From: Horticoccus luteus
GTDB lineage: Bacteria; Verrucomicrobiota; Verrucomicrobiia; Opitutales; Opitutaceae
NCBI RefSeq assembly: GCF_019464535.1
Contig: NZ_CP080507.1
Location: 1,440,001 to 1,472,000, forward strand
DNA length: 32,000 nucleotides
Direction of reading: 5' to 3'
Positions 27,003 to 32,000 of this stretch are shown here, one piece after another; positions within the stretch are counted from its first letter, which is position 1; every line of letters begins with the position of its first letter. The notes beneath the pieces are model-generated. The model had not been told where the DNA came from. It worked only from the letters and a program-made list of their open reading frames with translations, and did no database searches. The translations under genes and the position numbers were made by a program.

Positions 27003-28052
27003 TCAACGGAGCGAAAACCACGCCAGGACCAAGGCCAGGGCGATGCGATAATAGGCAAAAACAGCGAGGCCGTGGCGGGAGAGAAAAGAGACGAGGAACT
27101 TCACCGCGATCGCCGCGGCGACGGCGGCGACGGCGATGCCGAGGAGGACGTGGGACCAGCCGAAAACTTGAATCATCGCGGCTCCGGATTTGGCGCCTTT
27201 CACGAACGCGGCGCCGGTGAGCACGGGCAGGCCGACGAGAAAACTGAACTCCGCGGCGCGAGCGGGACTGAGACCGGCCAGATAGCCGCCGACGATCGTC
27301 ACCATCGAGCGGCTCGTGCCGGGCCACAGTGCGAGGCATTGCATGAAACCGATGCCGGTTGCCTGACGCGGCGTCAAATCGACGGGTTCGCGCTCCGGAT
27401 GCGCGGGCTGGCGGCGCCGCCAAGCCTCGATCACGAGCATCAGGATGGCGCCGGCGATTTGGGCGGCGATGACGGCGCCGACGGAGAAGAGATGGACGTC
27501 GATCCAATGGTTGAGCGCCAGGCCGATGATGGCGACGGGGACGAACGCGCAGACGAGATTGCGAAAAAGGCGCAGGCCCGCCGGATCGCGGCCGAGCAAT
27601 CCGCTGAAGACCGAAAGGATGGGGCGCCAATAGAGCAGGACGACCGCGATAATCGCGCCGGCTTGGATGACGACCGTGTAGGTGTCGGCGGCGAGTTTGA
27701 GCGTGAGCGGCACGCCCGCGGGATCCTTGACGGAAGGTTTCTTGTGCCAGAGCGGCTGGCCGGCCGCATCGCGCAACGGGTGTTCTGAATCGAGATGGAG
27801 AGCGTGGGTGGCAATAATGAGATGGCCGGTCGAGGAGATCGGGAGGAATTCGGTGACGCCCTCGATCACGCCGAGAATGACGGCATCGCCCGCGCTGAGT
27901 TCGGCCGCAGCGGCGGAGGCCGGGACGGCGGGACCGCGTTGAGCAGAAGTGGCCGGGGCGGGAGTGGCCGCGCGGGCGGCAGCGATGACGCTGAGAAAAA
28001 AGAGAGCGAAGAGGAAACGGCGCACGGTCGTGTGGGTTTCAGCTTTGGCCAT
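27003..28052 (-). CDS. uppP: Undecaprenyl-diphosphate phosphatase (BacA/UppP) with an N-terminal extension and an internal insertion
   Basis: ILGVIEGVTEFLPISSTGHL is the UppP motif 1. The protein is polytopic throughout. ...PGTSRSM... (motif 2) is also present. I chose ATG 28052 (MAKAETH...). Confidence 0.88.
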   Translation of the reverse strand: MAKAETHTTVRRFLFALFFLSVIAAARAATPAPATSAQRGPAVPASAAAAELSAGDAVILGVIEGVTEFLPISSTGHLIIATHALHLDSEHPLRDAAGQPLWHKKPSVKDPAGVPLTLKLAADTYTVVIQAGAIIAVVLLYWRPILSVFSGLLGRDPAGLRLFRNLVCAFVPVAIIGLALNHWIDVHLFSVGAVIAAQIAGAILMLVIEAWRRRQPAHPEREPVDLTPRQATGIGFMQCLALWPGTSRSMVTIVGGYLAGLSPARAAEFSFLVGLPVLTGAAFVKGAKSGAAMIQVFGWSHVLLGIAVAAVAAAIAVKFLVSFLSRHGLAVFAYYRIALALVLAWFSLR

Positions 28053-28110
28053 GAGGCGCAATTTTATTTGCGCCAGTGCAAACGCTTCGGCTCCTTCACC
28101 CGCTACGCCC

Positions 28111-29154
28111 ATGGAACTCGCCGCGCTCACCGCCCGCCTGCATCAGCGAATCGATTTGGAGGACCAAGAGATCGAGGCGGCGGCCAATGCGCTGGCGTCG
28201 GCGGACGTGGGGGACGAACCGAAGGCGGAATTCCTGACGGCGCTGGCGCACAAGGGCGAGACGCCGGGCGAAGTGGCGGCATTCGCGCGCGCCTTTCGCG
28301 ATCGGGCGATCGACCCGCAGGTCAGCGAATGGGCCGTCCGCGGCATCGATGTCGTGGGCACCGGCGGCGACCGCACGGGCACGTTTAATATTTCGACGGC
28401 GACGTTGTTTGTCGTGGCGGCGGCGGGGGTGCCCGTGCTGAAGCATGGGAATCGTTCGATCACCTCGAAGTGCGGCAGCGCGGATTTTCTGGAGGCGCTG
28501 GGGGTGAAAATCGATGCGCCGGCCGCGGTGCAACGGCGCGCCTTGGCGGAGTTGGGGCTGTGTTTCTTTTTCGCGCCCGCGTATCATCCGGCGTTCAAGC
28601 AGGTGGCCGGCGTGCGGCGGACGTTGGCGACGCGGGGGCAGCGCACGATTTTCAATCTTCTCGGGCCGCTGATCAACCCGGCGCGGCCGGCGCACCAGTT
28701 GCTCGGCGTATTTGCCGCGTCGTGGGTGCAACCTTTGGCGGGCGCGCTCGAGCGCATCGGGCTGGCCGCGGCCGCGGTGGTGCATGGTGAAATCGAGCCG
28801 GGTCGCGGGGTCGACGAGTTGACGTCGGTGACGGTCAACCATGTGGCGGGCAGTGGCCGGTTGCGGGGCTGGGGTGGGCGGTGGGAGCGGGGAAAATTCG
28901 GGCTGGCCGCGGGCACGTGGGACCATCTGCTCGGAGGCGACGTGCAGGATAATCTGGCGATTTTCCGGGCGTTGCTCGCGGGGCGCGGGCCGGCGAGCCT
29001 CGAAGACACGATTGTGCTGAACGCCGCGGTGGCGTTGTTTGTCGCGCAGCGCGTGTCATCGGTGGAAGCGGGCGTGGAGCTCGCGCGGAGCCTTTTGCTG
29101 GGGGGCGCGGTGGAGGCGAAGCTGGCGGCGACACGGGAGTTTTATCTTTCATGA
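28111..29154 (+). CDS. trpD: Anthranilate phosphoribosyltransferase
   Basis: FLTALAHKGETPGEVAAFARA, DVVGTGGDRTGTFNISTA, KHGNRSITSKCGSADFLEALG, FFFAPAYHPAFK, RTIFNLLGPLINPA and GVDEL are present. The start is ATG 28111 inside the longer track ORF. Confidence 0.88.
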   Translation: MELAALTARLHQRIDLEDQEIEAAANALASADVGDEPKAEFLTALAHKGETPGEVAAFARAFRDRAIDPQVSEWAVRGIDVVGTGGDRTGTFNISTATLFVVAAAGVPVLKHGNRSITSKCGSADFLEALGVKIDAPAAVQRRALAELGLCFFFAPAYHPAFKQVAGVRRTLATRGQRTIFNLLGPLINPARPAHQLLGVFAASWVQPLAGALERIGLAAAAVVHGEIEPGRGVDELTSVTVNHVAGSGRLRGWGGRWERGKFGLAAGTWDHLLGGDVQDNLAIFRALLAGRGPASLEDTIVLNAAVALFVAQRVSSVEAGVELARSLLLGGAVEAKLAATREFYLS

Positions 29155-30476
29155 AACGGCAATTTTTTGGGACCGATGGGGTGCGGGGGCCGTATGGCGG
29201 TCCAGTCGTCAACGAAGTGTTTGCCTGGCGATTGGGATTTGCCGCCGCGCAATGGGCGGGGCGGAGCGGCGAGGCGCTGCTGGGGCGCGACACACGGGCG
29301 TCGGGCGAAAAGTTGTTGCGCGCGGTCGCGGCGGGCCTGCGCGCGGGCGGCATGACGCCCGCGGATCTCGGCGTTGCGCCCACACCGGCGGTGGCGCGGG
29401 CGGTGCGTATGCGGCGAGCGCCGTTGGGCGTCGTCATCACGGCTTCGCACAATCCGGCGGAGGACAATGGCATCAAGTTCTTCGGTCCGGGCGGCGTAAA
29501 GTTGACGGACGCGGACGAAGTGGCGATCGAGCAACAACTGCCGGCGGAAGCCGGGGAAGCGTTGACGGTGGATTGTGCGCCGATCGACGCGGTGAAGGGC
29601 TATGTGGCGGCGGCGACCGATTTGCTGCCGCGAGGTTCGCTGGCCGGATGGTCGATCGTGCTCGATACGGCCAACGGCGCAACGTGTGGCACAAGCGCGG
29701 CGGTGTTGCGGGCGCTCGGGGCCAAAGTGACGGCGATCGGCGGTGAGCCCGATGGGCACAACATCAACGCGCAGGTGGGCAGTGAACATCCGGAGCAGCT
29801 GGCGGCCCGCGTGACCGAGACGGGGGCGCGCATCGGCATCGCGCACGATGGGGATGGCGATCGTTGCGTGCTGTGCGATGAGCGGGGCCAGATTTTGGAC
29901 GGCGATGAAATCCTGGCGATCCTCGCGACCGACATGCTTGCGTGCCGCGGCCTCGCCGCGCGCACTCTCGTGGTGACGGTGCAGAGCAATCTTGGCGTGG
30001 ATGCGGCGATCATGGCGGCGGGCGGCCGCGCGGTGCGCACGCCGGTCGGTGATCGCTATGTGATCGAGCGCATGCGCGCGGAAGGTTCCAACCTCGGCGG
30101 CGAATCGAGCGGGCACATCATTTGCTCCGACACGTCGCCGACGGGCGATGGCTTGGTGGCGGCATTGAAAATCGTCGAAGTGATGATCGCGACGGGGCGG
30201 CGATTGTCGGATTTGCGCCGGGTGTTGCGGAAGTTTCCGCAGCGGACGGCGGCGTTGCGCGTGCAGGAAAAGAAACCTTTGGAGACTTTGCCTGCGCTGT
30301 CGCAGGCGATCGCCACGTTGGAAAAGCAACTGGGCGAACGCGGGCGTTTGCTCGTGCGCTATTCCGGCACGGAGGCGAAATTGCGTTTGCTCGTGGAAGG
30401 TCCGGATGAAGCGACGGTGCGCGCGGGGTTGGCGGCGCTGGAAGCGGGCGCGCGCGCGGACCTCGTCGTGCTCTAG
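29151..30476 (+). CDS. glmM: Phosphoglucosamine mutase
   Basis: FGTDGVRG is present, the phosphoserine loop is VITASHNPAEDNGIKFF, the metal site is IAHDGDGDRC, and GGESSGH follows. An ATGA overlap joins it to the trpD stop. Confidence 0.95.
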   Translation: MKRQFFGTDGVRGPYGGPVVNEVFAWRLGFAAAQWAGRSGEALLGRDTRASGEKLLRAVAAGLRAGGMTPADLGVAPTPAVARAVRMRRAPLGVVITASHNPAEDNGIKFFGPGGVKLTDADEVAIEQQLPAEAGEALTVDCAPIDAVKGYVAAATDLLPRGSLAGWSIVLDTANGATCGTSAAVLRALGAKVTAIGGEPDGHNINAQVGSEHPEQLAARVTETGARIGIAHDGDGDRCVLCDERGQILDGDEILAILATDMLACRGLAARTLVVTVQSNLGVDAAIMAAGGRAVRTPVGDRYVIERMRAEGSNLGGESSGHIICSDTSPTGDGLVAALKIVEVMIATGRRLSDLRRVLRKFPQRTAALRVQEKKPLETLPALSQAIATLEKQLGERGRLLVRYSGTEAKLRLLVEGPDEATVRAGLAALEAGARADLVVL

Positions 30477-30515
30477 CGTTGACCGGCGCCGGTGGGGCGA
30501 TTTGCCTGCGAGGCC

Positions 30516-31907
30516 ATGCCCGATACGCCCGTTTCTGCGCTCGATGCGCGGCAGCAAAAGCTCGCGGATAATGCCCGCGTCGCCCTCGAGCGCGGTAATC
30601 TCGACTACGTGCTGGAGATGACCGGGCAGATCTTGAAGACGGCGCCCGGGTGCGTGGCGGTGCGGCGGTTGCAGCGCGCCGCGCAACTGAAGCAGGCGCC
30701 GGGGCGCGGCGGAATGTTTTCGCGGGCGTTCGGGCGCGTGACGGTGGCGCCATTTCTTTTCGGCGCGAGCGGCAAGGATCCAGCGCAGGCGTTTGCCGCG
30801 GCGGAGAAGGCGCTGGCGGGCGATCCGGGCAATGTGGGCGCGTTGAAACAACTCGCGGCGGCGGCGGAAGCGCTGGGCTGGCCGGAAACCGTGGTGTTCG
30901 CACTCGAAGCGGTGCGGGAGATCACGCCGGGAGATGCGGCGAATCTCATCGCGCTCGGCGAAGCGTGGCTCGCCTGGGGCCGGCCGCAGGAAGCGTTGCG
31001 GCTGGCGGACGAGGTATTGCGGACGCGGCCGGTCGATGCGGCGGCGCAGAAGCTGATGCGCACGGCCTCGATTGCGCAGACGATGACCAAAGGGAAATGG
31101 GAATCAGGAGAGGGGTTTCGGACGAAGTTGAAAGACGAAGCCGCGGCCGTGTCGCTCGAGCAGGCGGCGAAACACGTGACGTCGGCGGACATGACTGAAC
31201 GACTTCTCGAGGAAGCGCAGGCACGCGTCGCCGCGGAGCCGGGTAACGTGAATCATGTGCGCGCGGTGGTCGGCGGGTTGCGTCAGCTCGGTCGACTGGA
31301 CGAAGCGGTGGCGTGGATCGAGCGGGCGCAAGCGCTGCCGGGGGGGCAGGGTGATGCGGGGCTGGCGAAAGAGGCGACGGAGCTGCGCACGAAGGCGCTG
31401 GAAGTGCGGGTGCAGCGGGCCGCGGCGGCGGCGGAGACGGGAGCGCCGGAGGGAGGCGCGGACGGTGAGCTGGCGGCGGCGCAGGCGGAATTGCAGGCGT
31501 TTCGGTTGAGCGCAGCGCAGGCGTTGGTGGAGCGTTATCCGAACGACCTCGCAGCGCGCCAGGAGTTGGGAGAAATGCTGCTCGCCGCGGGGCGCGTGGA
31601 TGCGGCGATCGCGCAGTTTCAGCAGGCCGCGAAAAATCCCGCGACGCGCGTGGCGGCGTTGACCGGGTTGGGGAAAGGATTCGCGGCGAAGAAACTTCAC
31701 GATCTGGCGGTGGCACAACTCACGCTCGCGAAGGCGGAGTTGGGAGAGATGAGCGAGCAGAAGAAAGCGGTGCTCTACGAACTCGGGACGGCGCTCGAGG
31801 CGATGGGCAAGCGCGAGGAGGCGATGGCGGAGTTTAAAGCGATTTACAGCGAGGACATCGGCTTTCGCGACGTGCTCGACAAGATCAACGCCTACTACGC
31901 GAACTGA
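30516..31907 (+). CDS. Tetratricopeptide-repeat protein of unknown function (Ala-rich, no signal peptide seen)
   Basis: This is a long ORF with G/C-dominated third codon positions. Helical-hairpin repeats are visible, e.g. LIALGEAWLAWGRPQEALRLADEVLRTRP and VLYELGTALEAMGKREEAMAEFKAIY. The start could be ATG 30516 or the upstream GTG 30492. Confidence 0.7.
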   Translation: MPDTPVSALDARQQKLADNARVALERGNLDYVLEMTGQILKTAPGCVAVRRLQRAAQLKQAPGRGGMFSRAFGRVTVAPFLFGASGKDPAQAFAAAEKALAGDPGNVGALKQLAAAAEALGWPETVVFALEAVREITPGDAANLIALGEAWLAWGRPQEALRLADEVLRTRPVDAAAQKLMRTASIAQTMTKGKWESGEGFRTKLKDEAAAVSLEQAAKHVTSADMTERLLEEAQARVAAEPGNVNHVRAVVGGLRQLGRLDEAVAWIERAQALPGGQGDAGLAKEATELRTKALEVRVQRAAAAAETGAPEGGADGELAAAQAELQAFRLSAAQALVERYPNDLAARQELGEMLLAAGRVDAAIAQFQQAAKNPATRVAALTGLGKGFAAKKLHDLAVAQLTLAKAELGEMSEQKKAVLYELGTALEAMGKREEAMAEFKAIYSEDIGFRDVLDKINAYYAN

Positions 31908-32000
31908 GCAGACGGGCGGCGTTCGGCGAGCCAGACCGCGAAGGCCATCAAGGCGCCGCCGAGGAGCAACCGCGGCCAGTCGGCAGACTCGTGGAAGAAG
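31895..32000 (-). CDS. Possible 3' end of a minus-strand gene entering from the right edge (hydrophobic C-terminus)
   Basis: Hand translation gives ...FFHESADWPRLLLGGALMAFAVWLAERRPSAQFA*, with TAG at 31895-31897. Third positions are G/C-rich and there is a TM-like segment. Only 34 codons are visible, and it would overlap the convergent TPR gene by 13 nt. Confidence 0.3.
   Translation of the reverse strand, partial: FFHESADWPRLLLGGALMAFAVWLAERRPSAQFA

Noticed and set aside
29142-30851. A 569-aa minus-strand ORF.
   Set aside because: It is antisense to glmM and the start of the TPR gene. The composition is Arg/His/Gln-rich, a GC-frame artefact.

Overview
This is a gene-dense, visibly GC-rich window; third codon positions are dominated by G/C. 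I support 34 protein-coding genes, two of them partial at the window edges, one tRNA-Arg(CCG), and a few intrinsic-terminator hairpins. Almost everything is recognisable core metabolism, translation or cell-envelope housekeeping. In order: folC (3' end), a long divergent purA-like gene, glmS, glgC, a pxpB-pxpC-pxpA-DUF969-DUF979-pcp block (5-oxoproline/pyroglutamyl-peptide salvage), ychF, rpsP, trmD-rplS, tkt, a GT4 glycosyltransferase-DeoR pair, a DUF360 membrane protein, lpdA, tRNA-Arg, hpt, an ABC ATPase plus a large solute-binding protein, rpe, an LptE-like lipoprotein, a BamD-like TPR protein, fabH, plsX, rpmF (58 aa, below the ORF-track cutoff, found by hand), uppP, trpD, glmM and a TPR protein. 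BamD-like and LptE-like genes indicate a diderm. Scarce Shine-Dalgarno motifs and the gene content would fit Verrucomicrobiota or a related phylum, but that is inference only. I saw no CRISPR array, transposase, integrase, prophage, toxin-antitoxin or defence-type genes. I did not find convincing evidence of a novel multi-gene system. The most interesting items are modest: the translationally coupled pxp/DUF969/DUF979/pcp module with its uncharacterised two-part membrane component, the oversized divergent adenylosuccinate-synthetase homologue, a permease-less ABC ATPase plus oversized binding protein, and several unusual operon couplings (trpD-glmM, GT4-deoR, fabH-bamD-lptE-rpe). The many long ORFs antisense to conserved genes are GC-rich mirror-frame artefacts.
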